Source: an uncultured Gemmatimonadota bacterium (GTDB lineage Bacteria > JAAXHH01). Taken from it: DNA of 64,000 nt. Shown here in pieces: positions 9,855-19,545 of this stretch (position 1 is the stretch's first letter; the number at the start of each line of letters is the position of its first letter). The position numbers and the translations under genes were made by a program. The notes below the pieces were generated by a model that saw only the letters and a list, made by a program, of their open reading frames with translations, had not been told where the DNA came from and did no database searches. Where the stretch lies: the NCBI GenBank assembly GCA_951812955.1, contig OX638340.1, positions 2,304,001 through 2,368,000 on the forward strand, given 5' to 3'.

Positions 9855-11144
9855 TCATGCACGCAGGCCCTTCATACTCTCCCGGGCCGCTTCGAGGGTC
9901 CGGTCGATGTCTTCTTCGGTATGGGCCAGGGACACAAACCCCGTTTCAAGGCGCGAAGGCGCCAGGTAGACGCCCCGGTCCAGCATATTCCAGAAGTATC
10001 GCCCGTACGTATCCGCGTCTGACGTGGAAGCTGCATCGAAATTGTTGACGGTCTGATCTGTGAAGAAGGTACACATCATGGAGCCCACACGGGTCAGGCA
10101 GGCCGGGACGCCGGCCGCTTCCGCCGCGGCGCGAAGGCCGTCGCCGAGGCGGGCGGCCAGGGATTCCAGCCGGTCGTAGACCCCGGGTTCCTGAAGCTGC
10201 CGCACCGTTTCATATCCAGCGGTCATGGCAAGCGGATTGCCGGACAGCGTGCCGGCCTGGTAAACCTCACCGGCGGGCGCCACGGTTTCCATGATTTCCC
10301 TGCGACCGCCATAGGCCCCCACGGGAAGTCCTCCCCCGATGATCTTGCCCAGGCAGGTCATGTCGGCCGAGATGCCGAATCGTTCCTGCGCTCCGCCGAA
10401 TGCGATCCTGAATCCCGTGATGACCTCGTCAAAAATCAGAATGATCCCCCGCTTCTCCGTCTCTTCCCGAATGGTTTCGAGAAAGCCTTCGGCCGGAGGG
10501 ATCATGCCCATGTTGCCGGCGACCGGCTCTACGATCACGCAGGCGACGTCGCCGCCCCGCTCCGCCAGGGTGCGCCGGACGGCCTCGACGTCGTTGTAGG
10601 GTAGATTGATGGTCATCTTCGCCAGGTCCGCAGGCACGCCGGGACTGTCGGGGATGCCGAATGTCGCGGCGCCGGAACCGGCCTGGATGAGAAAGCTGTC
10701 TCCGTGGCCGTGGTATCCCGCCTCGAATTTGACCGCCAGGTCGCGCCCCGTGTATCCGCGGGCGACGCGCAGGGCGCTCATGGTCGCTTCCGTGCCGGAG
10801 TTGACCATGCGTATCAGGTCGATGGACGGGAAGGCGGTCCTGACCAGTTCCGCCAGCCTGATCTCGGCTTCGGTGGGCGTGCCGAAACTCGTACCCCGTT
10901 CACAGGCCTTCTTCAGGGCCTCGACCACGGCGGGATGGCCGTGGCCCAGGATCAGCGGTCCCCAGGATCCCAGGTAATCGATGTACTCGTTGCCGTCCAC
11001 GTCGTAGACCCTGGAACCCGCGCCCCGGTCCATGAAGACGGGGCTTCCTCCAACCCGCCCGAAATTCCGCACGGGGCTGTTCACCCCGCCGGGCATGGAT
11101 CGCTGGGCCTGGTCGAAGAGGGTACTGGATCGGGAACGGTTCAT
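9855..11144 (-). CDS. hemL: Glutamate-1-semialdehyde 2,1-aminomutase
   Basis: Full-length class III PLP aminotransferase of 429 aa. Motifs are typical of HemL (e.g. YNDVEAV, GGLPVGAYGGRREIM). Confidence 0.95.
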   Translation of the reverse strand: MNRSRSSTLFDQAQRSMPGGVNSPVRNFGRVGGSPVFMDRGAGSRVYDVDGNEYIDYLGSWGPLILGHGHPAVVEALKKACERGTSFGTPTEAEIRLAELVRTAFPSIDLIRMVNSGTEATMSALRVARGYTGRDLAVKFEAGYHGHGDSFLIQAGSGAATFGIPDSPGVPADLAKMTINLPYNDVEAVRRTLAERGGDVACVIVEPVAGNMGMIPPAEGFLETIREETEKRGIILIFDEVITGFRIAFGGAQERFGISADMTCLGKIIGGGLPVGAYGGRREIMETVAPAGEVYQAGTLSGNPLAMTAGYETVRQLQEPGVYDRLESLAARLGDGLRAAAEAAGVPACLTRVGSMMCTFFTDQTVNNFDAASTSDADTYGRYFWNMLDRGVYLAPSRLETGFVSLAHTEEDIDRTLEAARESMKGLRA

Positions 11145-11159
11145 ACGATTTATTCCATT

Positions 11160-12128
11160 TCAGAGTCTTCGGGCGACATCCATCGCGAAATAAGTGAGGA
11201 TCATGTCGGCGCCGGCGCGTTTTATGGCGGTCAGCGACTCCAGGACGATCCGTTCTTCGTCGATCCAGCCTTTCTGTCCTGCCGCCTTGATCATGGCGTA
11301 TTCCCCGCTCACGTTGTAGGCGGCCACCGGCACTTCAAAGGCCGATTTGACTCGTTGTATCACGTCGAGATAGGCCAGGGCCGGCTTGACCATGACGATA
11401 TCGGCGCCTTCCTCAAGGTCGAGTTCTACTTCCCGCAGCGCTTCGGTGGCGTTCGCCGGGTCCATCTGGTAGGAACGGCGGTCGCCGAATTGCGGGACCG
11501 AGTCCGCGGCGTCGCGAAAGGGCCCGTAATACGCCGAAGCGTACTTGGCGGAATAGGCCAGGATCGGGACATGCCCGAGGTGTTCGCCGTCCAGACCCTC
11601 CCGGATCGCACGCACGCGGCCGTCCATCATGTCCGACGGCGCAACCAGGTCCGCGCCGGCGCGGGCCTGCGAGAGCGCGGTCCTGACGAGCAGGCGAAGC
11701 GTGGCATCGTTCTCCACGTCGCCGTCCCGGATCACGCCGCAGTGCCCGTGATCGGTGTACTCGCAGAGGCATACGTCGCCGATGACGGTCAGTTCCGGTA
11801 CCGCTTGCTTGATCGCGCCAATGGCCCGTTGCACGATGCCGTCGTCCGCATAGGCTCCGGAACCGTAGGCGTCCTTGCTCTCCGGGATGCCGAAGAGCAT
11901 GACGGCCGGGATACCCAGGTCCACGACTTCACGGCAGGCCTCCACGGCCTGGTCAACCGACTGCCGGTCCACGCCGGGCATCGAATCTACCGGGGAACGT
12001 ACGCCTTCGCCCGGGCAGATGAACATGGGATAGACCAGGTCGTCCACGGAGAGCCGGGTCTCGCCGATCATGGCGCGCAGGCTTCCGGTCCGCCGCAGGC
12101 GCCGTAGCCGATGTACGGGAAATGCCAT
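11160..12128 (-). CDS. hemB: Porphobilinogen synthase (delta-aminolevulinate dehydratase), Zn-type
   Basis: Collinear match to E. coli HemB along the full length. It includes the Cys-rich zinc site [14 protein letters not shown] and the active-site region [10 protein letters not shown]. Confidence 0.95.
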   Translation of the reverse strand: MAFPVHRLRRLRRTGSLRAMIGETRLSVDDLVYPMFICPGEGVRSPVDSMPGVDRQSVDQAVEACREVVDLGIPAVMLFGIPESKDAYGSGAYADDGIVQRAIGAIKQAVPELTVIGDVCLCEYTDHGHCGVIRDGDVENDATLRLLVRTALSQARAGADLVAPSDMMDGRVRAIREGLDGEHLGHVPILAYSAKYASAYYGPFRDAADSVPQFGDRRSYQMDPANATEALREVELDLEEGADIVMVKPALAYLDVIQRVKSAFEVPVAAYNVSGEYAMIKAAGQKGWIDEERIVLESLTAIKRAGADMILTYFAMDVARRL

Positions 12129-12154
12129 GAGTTATCCTGCCCGCCGCCGGGACA

Positions 12155-12772
12155 TCAGTACCCCCCGCAGTTGGCGCAACCGCCGCTGTCAAATCCGTTC
12201 AAAGCACTGCAGCGTTCACACTGGAACAGGAGATGCCCGGCGTCTATGGACCGTGACGCCATCAAATTCAGCGCCGTCGCCCGGAGTTTCGAGGGCACGA
12301 TGATCCTCGCCGACTCGTCCGAACATGGACCGGTAAGCAGGCCGGAGTCCTGCTTGGTCGAGAACACCCGGCTGTCCACACCCTGCTGTGCGAGGAAACG
12401 CTGGTAGCTCAGCGCTTCACGGTCTTCGGCCCGATAGAGGATTTCCTCCTTCGGAAACTCTTCTACCAATCCATGTCTTTCACAGAAATACCGGCCATGA
12501 CGGCGTATCCCGCAGTCCTCGCACACGTGCCGTCCGCAGACGACGCACAGGCCGTGCGCAGGTCCGGCCGGATGGTTCAGGCATCGAAGATCGTCGATGA
12601 ATACTGTGCCGCAGACCGGGCAGGACCCCAGGTCGCCCGGGATCTCCTCCTTGCACTCGTCGCAAACCCACGTCGACACCTCATTCAGGGCGTTAACCAG
12701 GGTGGACGCGCAGATAGGGCATTTTTCCTCGCCGCGGGCGTATTCACATTCGCATTCCGGGCAGAAAGGCAT
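12155..12772 (-). CDS. Cysteine-rich zinc-ribbon protein (about 8 CxxC pairs), unknown function, embedded in the haem operon
   Basis: 205 aa with repeated CxxC pairs (CPEC, CPIC, CDEC, CPVC, CVVC, CEDC, CERC, CANC). No similarity to known Hem enzymes was recognised. Confidence 0.55.
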   Translation of the reverse strand: MPFCPECECEYARGEEKCPICASTLVNALNEVSTWVCDECKEEIPGDLGSCPVCGTVFIDDLRCLNHPAGPAHGLCVVCGRHVCEDCGIRRHGRYFCERHGLVEEFPKEEILYRAEDREALSYQRFLAQQGVDSRVFSTKQDSGLLTGPCSDESARIIVPSKLRATALNLMASRSIDAGHLLFQCERCSALNGFDSGGCANCGGY

Positions 12773-12967
12773 AGAAGTCCGCTCATATCAACAGGATGGT
12801 GCCATGACGGGCGCGGTGAAGCCACTGGCCCGATGCCGGAAAGTATACGAACCCGATGCCGGATAGTTTACTGGTCCAAAGTCGGCCGCGCGTCGTATTT
12901 CACACGGATATGTCCCTTATTCACGGACCCGACAAATATACACCGGGCCGCAAAGTCATGGCAATCG

Positions 12968-14539
12968 TTATTCCGTGTGCTGCTTTCCCGCGGCCAGCCG
13001 GTCGCGCACGATCGCGGCCACGAGCGCTGAGACGGTGGCCTGAGCGGGCACAATGTCCACGGACAGGCCTGCTTCCGCGGCGGTTTTGGCCGTGGCCGGA
13101 CCTATGCAGGCGATGCGGACGCCCCCGGCCAGCCGCTTAAGGCGATCCGGCCCCGCGGCCTTCGTAAACGCCGACACGGCCGACGAACTCGCGAATACGG
13201 CGAGATGGATCTTCCGGTCTTCCAGCATGGACGCGATGCCGTCCGGCAACCTCTCTTCCATGACCGTTCGATAGACCGTTATCCTCGTCACGGACGCACC
13301 GGCGCGGGCAAGTCCCTCCACGACGGCTGGCCCCGCGATATCCGCCGCGGGAAAGAGGATCCGTGCATCCAGCAGGTCGCGGTTTCCGGCCAGGGTTTCC
13401 ACCAGGTTTTCGGCCCGGAAGACATCGGGTTGGCAGTCCGCTTCAATCCCGCAGTTTCGCAGCGCGCCGGCCGTGGCCCGGCCTACCGCGGCGACGCGAA
13501 CTCCGCCCAGGGCCCTGGCGTCCAGGCCCTGTTCGACTAAACGCGAGAAAAACGCCTTCACGGCGTTACCGCTGGTGAAAACCACGTAATCGAATCCGGA
13601 AAGGTCGGACAGCGCGGCATCGGTTTCCGACCAGTCATCGGGCGCTTCGATCCGTATCAGCGGAGCTTCGACCGGCTCCGCGCCCTGCCGGACGAGAGAT
13701 TCCGACAGTTCGCCGGCCTGGTCGCGGGCGCGTGTTACCAGTGCTCGGACCCCGAAAAGCGGTTTCGATTCGAACCAATCGAGCTGCGAACGCAGCGAAA
13801 CGACTTCGCCCACGACGATCAGTACGGGCGGGGTGAAGGAAGCCGGACGGGACCTGGATACGATATCGTCCAAAGTGCCGACGAGGGTCCTTTGCTTCGG
13901 CGTCGTGCCCCACTGGATCAGCGCGATGGGCGTATCCTTCGGCCGCCCGTGTTCGATCAACCGTTCCACGATGAAGGGCAGGTTCCGCGCGCCCATGTAG
14001 AAGATCAGCGTGCCGATCCGTTTGGCGAAAGCCTCCCAGTCTAGATCCGTCCGGGACTTGTCCGGCGATTCGTGGCCGGTGACCACGGTCATCGTCGAGG
14101 TGATCTCACGATGGGTCACCGGTATGCCGGCGTAGGCCGGGACCGCGACGGCCGCCGTGACGCCGGGAACGACCTCGAATGGGATTCCGTGGCGTTGCAG
14201 GTGCAGTCCTTCTTCGCCTCCCCGGCCGAACACGAATGGGTCGCCGCCCTTCAACCGGACCACGGTCTTCCCGGCCTCGCTGTGACGCACCAGCAGGTTG
14301 TTGATCTCCTCCTGCCGTCCGGGACGCCAGGGAACGCGGATGCGCACGGCCTGTGAAGGCGCCTCCGCCACCAGCCGGTCATCGGCGAGGAAATCGGCAA
14401 CGACGACGTCGGCCCGGCGCACGCATTCCAGGCCCTTCACGGTAATCAGTCCGGGGTCGCCGGGACCCGCGCCCACCAGGTAAACGATTCCTGCGGACCG
14501 CGGGGTGGATACGCGCTTGGTCGGGGATTCGCCGTTCAT
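12968..14539 (-). CDS. cobA/hemD: Bifunctional uroporphyrinogen-III C-methyltransferase / uroporphyrinogen-III synthase
   Basis: The N-terminal half carries the SUMT signature VYLVGAGPGDPGLITVKG...VVRLKGGDPFVFGRGGEE. The C-terminal half is HemD-like (...LFGVRALVTRARDQ...). The 3' end overlaps hemC by 4 bp. Confidence 0.9.
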   Translation of the reverse strand: MNGESPTKRVSTPRSAGIVYLVGAGPGDPGLITVKGLECVRRADVVVADFLADDRLVAEAPSQAVRIRVPWRPGRQEEINNLLVRHSEAGKTVVRLKGGDPFVFGRGGEEGLHLQRHGIPFEVVPGVTAAVAVPAYAGIPVTHREITSTMTVVTGHESPDKSRTDLDWEAFAKRIGTLIFYMGARNLPFIVERLIEHGRPKDTPIALIQWGTTPKQRTLVGTLDDIVSRSRPASFTPPVLIVVGEVVSLRSQLDWFESKPLFGVRALVTRARDQAGELSESLVRQGAEPVEAPLIRIEAPDDWSETDAALSDLSGFDYVVFTSGNAVKAFFSRLVEQGLDARALGGVRVAAVGRATAGALRNCGIEADCQPDVFRAENLVETLAGNRDLLDARILFPAADIAGPAVVEGLARAGASVTRITVYRTVMEERLPDGIASMLEDRKIHLAVFASSSAVSAFTKAAGPDRLKRLAGGVRIACIGPATAKTAAEAGLSVDIVPAQATVSALVAAIVRDRLAAGKQHTE

Positions 14540-15516
14540 TGGGATTCCGTGGTCCGCCTGGTCGGCCCGGACGACTTGGACTGCGTGTTACCTTCGGCCT
14601 GCTCGGCCTGCTCGGCTTGTTCGGCCCGTGCCATCACCGCTTCCGCCAGCCGGCGGCCCAGTTCCGGTCCTTCTTCCGGCAGTCCCCGCAGGCCGTGGCG
14701 CGCGATCCAGCTGCCGTCATCGGCGGCCAGCACGGCGTCCAGCTCCAGGCAATCGTCCCGGATTCTCCCCCAGGCGCCAACCGGGGTATGGCAACCGCCG
14801 CCTATACGATAGAGAAAAGACCGCTCCGCCATCACCGCCTGCCTGGCCGGGAGGTCCTCGATTCGCCTTGCCGCTTCCAAGGTGGGATGATCGTCCTTAC
14901 GGGTTTCAATCGCGAGCGCCGCCTGGCCGACGGCCGGCATGCAGACCTCCGGCGGCAATATCTCGGATATGCGGTCATTCCAGCCCAGTCGCTGCAATCC
15001 CGCCACGGCCAGCACGATGGCGTCCGGACCGTCCGGTTCTTCCAGTTTCTTCAACCTGGTGTCTATATTCCCTCGAATGCCCGAAAAGCGCAGATCCGGC
15101 CGGTAATGTTGAAGCTGCGAGCGCCGCCTCGGACTCCCCGTGGCGACCAGGGCGCCCGATGGGAGCTCGTCGAGTCTGGCGCTGTCGCGGCTGATCAGGG
15201 CGTCCCGCACGTCCACGCGCTCCGGCACCGCGGCGATCGCCAATCCATCGGGAAGGGACGTGGGCAGGTCCTTGAGACTGTGTACGGCCATGTCGATCTC
15301 TCCCGAGACCAGGGCCCGTTCCAGTTCCTTGACGAAGACGCCCTCGCCGCCGAAGGTGTCCAGGGAAGCGCTTCTGTCAGAATCGCCCTTCGTCTTGATG
15401 ACGCGCACCTGTACGGACAGGCCGCCCTGGCCCGCTTCCAGGTCCTTGGCCACCGAATGGGCCTGGACGAGGGCCAGCCTGCTGCCGCGGGTGCCTATGA
15501 TCAATGAAGAAGCCAT
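14536..15516 (-). CDS. hemC: Hydroxymethylbilane synthase (porphobilinogen deaminase)
   Basis: N-terminal LIIGTRGSRLALVQA motif. The length and domain order are typical of HemC. Confidence 0.93.
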   Translation of the reverse strand: MASSLIIGTRGSRLALVQAHSVAKDLEAGQGGLSVQVRVIKTKGDSDRSASLDTFGGEGVFVKELERALVSGEIDMAVHSLKDLPTSLPDGLAIAAVPERVDVRDALISRDSARLDELPSGALVATGSPRRRSQLQHYRPDLRFSGIRGNIDTRLKKLEEPDGPDAIVLAVAGLQRLGWNDRISEILPPEVCMPAVGQAALAIETRKDDHPTLEAARRIEDLPARQAVMAERSFLYRIGGGCHTPVGAWGRIRDDCLELDAVLAADDGSWIARHGLRGLPEEGPELGRRLAEAVMARAEQAEQAEQAEGNTQSKSSGPTRRTTESQ

Positions 15517-15555
15517 GGGAAGGGATCGACGTCCCGGACGCCTGGACTCGCCGCG

Positions 15556-16854
15556 CTATTCGTTTCCGGCGCCGTTCTTTTCGTTCCCGTGTTCGTCGAG
15601 TCCGAAGAGGTGTCGCAGGCTGTAGAGGTGGTAGTCCTTGTGCTCCGGATCGGTAGTGTTTCTGAGCTGGACCGTCGGTTGATGCAGCAGCTTGTTTACG
15701 ATGGCGCGGGTCATCTTGTCCACGGTCTCGCGGTCCTCTTCGGAAAGATGACCGAGTTGCGCGAAGGCGCGGCCGACTTCCTGGTGCCGGACGTCGTCCG
15801 CGAAGTGGCGGAGTTGGGCAATGGTGGGCGTGATGGAGAGATTCTGGTACCATGCGAGTAGCCGTTCTACCTCTGTCTCGACAATCGCCTCCACCTTCTG
15901 CGCTTCCACCTTACGCGCCTCTGCGTTGTCGTCCACCACCGATTGCAGGTCGTCCATGTCGTAAAGGATCACATTATAGAGATCACGCACGCGGGGGTCG
16001 ATATCCCGTGGCGCGGCGATGTCGATCAGGAAAATGGGCCGGTTATGACGATCGTGCATGATGTCGATCATCCGGTCCCTTCCCAGCACCGGTTCGGTGG
16101 CGCCGGTGGAACTGATGACGATATCGACATCGGAGATCATCTGCAGTCCGTCGTGCAGGGAAACGGCGATCCCGTCGAAGCGGTGGGCCAGGTCGGCAGC
16201 CCGGTCGTAGGTCCTGTTGGCGACGATGAGCCGCTTCACGCCCTGGTCGACGAGGTACTCCGCGGTGCGTTCGCCGGTCTCTCCCGCCCCGATCAACATG
16301 GCCGTATGCTGCCGCAGATCCTTGAAGATCTTCCGGGCGAGTTCGACCGCCACGGAACTGACGGAAACCGAACCCGACCCGATCTCCGTTGTCTCCCGCA
16401 CCTGCTTGCCCACGGCCAGCGCCTTTTCAAACAACCGGTTGAGGACCAGTCCCGTGGTCTTCGTATTCAGCGACTGCATGTAGGCCTCTCTGACCTGGCC
16501 GAGGATCTGCTGTTCCCCGACGACCATCGAGTCCAGGCTGGAGACGACCCGGAACAGGTGCCGGATGACCGCCTCGTCCCTCCGGTGATAGAGGTAAGGA
16601 GACAGTACGCCTTTGTCCACGCCGTGGATCTCGTGAAACCACGCTTCGATCGGACCGGGATCGGTATGTTCCTCATCGGTGGTCGCGTACATTTCACTGC
16701 GGTTGCACGTGGAAAGCAGTACCGCTTCCAAAATGCCGGTCGAAGTCTTCACGAAGGAAAGGGCCTTATCCTGGAGCGACTTCGTCAGTACCGCCTGGTC
16801 GCGTACATCCACAGGCGCGGTATGGTGACTCAGTCCGACGAGTGTAAGATGCAT
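15556..16854 (-). CDS. hemA: Glutamyl-tRNA reductase
   Basis: The conserved HemA N-terminus MHLTLVGLSHHTAPVDVRDQ starts at the reverse-strand ATG at 16852-16854. The tracked ORF start at 17148 is a GC-rich, out-of-context extension that overlaps sirC. Residues ...TCNRSEMY... and the NADPH-binding GAGETG motif are present. Confidence 0.9.
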   Translation of the reverse strand: MHLTLVGLSHHTAPVDVRDQAVLTKSLQDKALSFVKTSTGILEAVLLSTCNRSEMYATTDEEHTDPGPIEAWFHEIHGVDKGVLSPYLYHRRDEAVIRHLFRVVSSLDSMVVGEQQILGQVREAYMQSLNTKTTGLVLNRLFEKALAVGKQVRETTEIGSGSVSVSSVAVELARKIFKDLRQHTAMLIGAGETGERTAEYLVDQGVKRLIVANRTYDRAADLAHRFDGIAVSLHDGLQMISDVDIVISSTGATEPVLGRDRMIDIMHDRHNRPIFLIDIAAPRDIDPRVRDLYNVILYDMDDLQSVVDDNAEARKVEAQKVEAIVETEVERLLAWYQNLSITPTIAQLRHFADDVRHQEVGRAFAQLGHLSEEDRETVDKMTRAIVNKLLHQPTVQLRNTTDPEHKDYHLYSLRHLFGLDEHGNEKNGAGNE

Positions 16855-17507
16855 GACTCCACCCTGTCGCGTGCTTCTTCCGCGCGTCCGGCGCGTATGA
16901 GATCGAGGAGGTCGGAATCTACCAGGGACGTCCACAACCTCGCGCGTGTTTCGATTTCGTCGGGGTGCCTGTCCTTCATCCGGGGACGGAACTCCCCCAG
17001 CAGGTCGAGCAGGACGGCGTACTCGGCCCCGAATGCCTCTTCCAGCTGCCCACGGATCTTCTTCGCCAGCGCGGGGCTCTTGCCCCCTGTGGATATGGCG
17101 ATGCACAGGTCGCCCTGTCGAACGATGGATGGCACGATGTACCTGCACAGTTCGGGCACGTCCACCACGTTGACCATGATGCCTTCCGTCTCGGCATCCA
17201 CGTAGACCCGCTCGTTGACTTCCGCGGAGTCGGTCGCGGAGATGACCAGCCTGAAATCCCGGACGTCGCCGGGTTCGTACCGCCTTGCGAGCCAGCGCAA
17301 TTCGCTATTGTCCGCCCGGTCACGCAGTTCCTCCGTCAGATCGGGGCTGATCACGGTTACAACCCCTCCGCATTCGAGCAACGATCCAGCCTTCTCAGCC
17401 GCGATCGCGCCGCCGCCTACCACCAGGCACGGCTGTCCTTCGATGTCAACGAAAGCGGGGTAGTATTTCTTCATGGCCTTTCTTCCATCTTTCACCGGAT
17501 CGGTCAC
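16830..17507 (-). CDS. sirC: Precorrin-2 dehydrogenase / sirohydrochlorin ferrochelatase (siroheme synthase N-terminal domain, CysG-N/SirC/Met8-like)
   Basis: The Rossmann motif VVGGGAIAAEKA is typical of CysG-N/Met8. The 225-aa length fits. It sits directly upstream of hemA and overlaps it by ~25 bp. Confidence 0.8.
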   Translation of the reverse strand: MTDPVKDGRKAMKKYYPAFVDIEGQPCLVVGGGAIAAEKAGSLLECGGVVTVISPDLTEELRDRADNSELRWLARRYEPGDVRDFRLVISATDSAEVNERVYVDAETEGIMVNVVDVPELCRYIVPSIVRQGDLCIAISTGGKSPALAKKIRGQLEEAFGAEYAVLLDLLGEFRPRMKDRHPDEIETRARLWTSLVDSDLLDLIRAGRAEEARDRVESCILHSSD

Positions 17508-17537
17508 CGAAATCTCTCGCCGGCATCAGGCTTCGGA

Positions 17538-18359
17538 TCAGTCGAATATATGCAGGTTGGTCCATAGTCCGGCGCCGAGATAGGCCAGCAGCACGGACGC
17601 GAACCCGGCCATGGAAATGATGGCCGCCCTTTCGCCCTGCCAACCCGCGGTATAGCGCGTAATCAGCTGGGAAGTGTAGATAACCCAGGTCAGCATCACG
17701 CACAGTACTTTCGGATCCAGCAGCCAGGGCATTATCGAATCCCACGCGGCCGTCGCCCACCAGATCCCCGTTGCGATACCCGCGGACAGGAATACCCATC
17801 CGATGAGCGTTGCCTTCAGGTTCATCTCGTCCAGCATGCCCAGCGCGGGCAGCCGCGAAAACACCAGGCCCACGCGCCGGTGGTGGATGTAGTACATCTG
17901 CATGACGTACAACAGCCCGGTGATGAATGTGAAGGAAAACGCCGCGTATGCCAGGAAACTCGCCGTTACGTGGAAATTGAACCATGGGCTCTGGAGGAGT
18001 GGCGGCAACGGATCGACTGGACTCATGAACGCCGTGGAGGCTGTCTGCGCCGCCAGGATCAGGGGCAGGACGAACACCCCCAGCGACCGGTCGTGGAAAC
18101 GGCGCTCCAGGAACAGGTAGACCACGGCGATGAGCCATGCGAAGAAGCTCATCGACTCGTGAAGGCCGACGAAAGGCGCGTGGCTGGATTCGACGGCGCG
18201 GGCGATCAGAAAGGCGCTGTGGCAGGCCAGCGCCAGCACCAGGCACAGGCTGGCGTAGAACCCTGACCTGGGTTGCTTCGTCCAGAAATGGCGGAAGTAG
18301 ATCACCGTGGCGACCGCGTAACCCGCCAGAATCAATCCATGCAGAATATAGATGCCCAA
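17538..18359 (-). CDS. Cytochrome c assembly (CcsA/ResC)-family membrane protein; HemX-like first gene of the hem operon
   Basis: Polytopic membrane protein with a Trp-rich WWD-like motif (GIWWATAAWDSIMPW). Its position upstream of hemA mirrors Bacillus hemAXCDBL. Confidence 0.7.
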   Translation of the reverse strand: MGIYILHGLILAGYAVATVIYFRHFWTKQPRSGFYASLCLVLALACHSAFLIARAVESSHAPFVGLHESMSFFAWLIAVVYLFLERRFHDRSLGVFVLPLILAAQTASTAFMSPVDPLPPLLQSPWFNFHVTASFLAYAAFSFTFITGLLYVMQMYYIHHRRVGLVFSRLPALGMLDEMNLKATLIGWVFLSAGIATGIWWATAAWDSIMPWLLDPKVLCVMLTWVIYTSQLITRYTAGWQGERAAIISMAGFASVLLAYLGAGLWTNLHIFD

Positions 18360-18507
18360 GGATGTAACCTCGAAGTGATACCGCCTCGATAATTCAGACC
18401 CGATAAGATACCGTAAAATACCGTCCTATCATGTATTTATCAAGTCGAAAGGGGTGCGGGCCGGGTCGCCTGGGTCGCACGCGCCTGGATCGCCTCGCTA
18501 GGGTCGC

Positions 18508-19425
18508 CTAGTCCACGTTTCTCATTTGTGCCAGTATATCCATGCCTACGCTTCGGCCCCACGCCTCCATGACCCGCGCGAACAGTGGGCCGGGCTTGCC
18601 GTCGCCGATGGGCGTGTTGTTGATGCGCGTACAAGGCGCGAGACAATACGGCGTACTCGTCAGCCACGCCTCGTCGGCATTGACGGCGTCGTATGGCTGA
18701 AGATCCTTCTCGACCCAGTCCAGCCCCAGGTCGGGCGCTAGTTCCCGCAGCGTGACCAGACTTACGCCTTCGAGGATGTTCCGGCTGGTGGGCGTATAGA
18801 TAGTATCATTTTCCACCACGACGAAGTTGGCCCCCGAGCACTCGGTGAGGTTGCCGTCCAGGTCGAGCAGCAGCGAGGTGGCGGAGGGGTCGACGGACTG
18901 CGTCTGCCGATCGGCCAGCCAGTAGTGCAGGCGCGAGCGGTTTTTCGTCTTGGGATCGACGCACTGGGGCGGTACGTGCCGGATGGAGGGTGTGACCACG
19001 TGGACGCCCTGCTCGAAGAAGGGGCGCCACACGGTGAAGGGCAGCGGAAAGGAGTGGATGCACAAGGTAGGCGAAAGGCGCACCGGCTTACCGGCGCTGC
19101 CCGCGTAGATCTGGTTTTCCCCGGGGGTTACGAAGTGGACGACGCCCAGGTCCTGCTCCGGGCCGATCAGCCTGCAGTTGGTCTCGATGAGGCTTCGTGT
19201 GCGTTCGACCAGGCCATCGTGGTCCGTATCCAGCTCGAAACCGGCGTATTTGCACGACCGCAGGAGCCGCCGCACATGCTCTTCCAGGCGAAACGGCGCA
19301 TGCCCGAAAGTGCGGGTCATTTCGGTCACGGTGGCCCCCAGGACAATCCCCAGGTCATAGATATTCAAATGGGCCTCGGAAGCTGGGACGAATCCATCGT
19401 TGAGATAGACGACCGGTTCATTCAT
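18508..19425 (-). CDS. Class IV aminotransferase (branched-chain amino acid / D-amino acid aminotransferase or ADC lyase family)
   Basis: 305 aa with fold-type IV PLP enzyme features. The N-terminus VYLNDGFVPASEAHLNIYDLG is typical of BCAT/DAAT/PabC. Confidence 0.8.
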   Translation of the reverse strand: MNEPVVYLNDGFVPASEAHLNIYDLGIVLGATVTEMTRTFGHAPFRLEEHVRRLLRSCKYAGFELDTDHDGLVERTRSLIETNCRLIGPEQDLGVVHFVTPGENQIYAGSAGKPVRLSPTLCIHSFPLPFTVWRPFFEQGVHVVTPSIRHVPPQCVDPKTKNRSRLHYWLADRQTQSVDPSATSLLLDLDGNLTECSGANFVVVENDTIYTPTSRNILEGVSLVTLRELAPDLGLDWVEKDLQPYDAVNADEAWLTSTPYCLAPCTRINNTPIGDGKPGPLFARVMEAWGRSVGMDILAQMRNVD

Positions 19426-19491
19426 AACGCGTTTTTCTCCTGTCTATAAAACCGTAACTCATGGGTCTTCAGTGCAACGGGTCCACGCCGG

Positions 19492-19545
19492 ATGGCGCCT
19501 TTCGTTCGCCGCGCCAGATGGCGCCTTTCGTTCGCCGCGCCCCGT
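19492..19545. repeat. Perfect 27-bp direct tandem repeat (x2) in the divergent intergenic region between the class IV aminotransferase and era
   Basis: Sequence ggatggcgcctttcgttcgccgcgcc agatggcgcctttcgttcgccgcgcc. Confidence 0.8.

Larger units (their letters stand above)
1..10294. repeat. Tandem segmental duplication: two ~5.4 kb units (unit 1 = window start..~4903, unit 2 = ~4904..~10294), each carrying an FtsX permease, a Big2 lipoprotein and a hemL 3' segment
   Basis: Nucleotides 1-126 align to 4935-5057 and 4464-4903 align to 9855-10294. The two copies diverge right after ...acggtttccatga at ~4903/10294. Unit 2 is ~460 bp longer because of an extra internal repeat pair in the Big2 gene. 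Confidence 0.85.

Noticed and set aside
16855-17148. 5' extension of the hemA ORF (MQVHRAIHRSTGRP...) in the ORF track
   Set aside because: The conserved HemA N-terminus MHLTLVGLSHHTAPVDVRD begins at 16854. The extension is Arg/Gly-rich and overlaps sirC in another frame.
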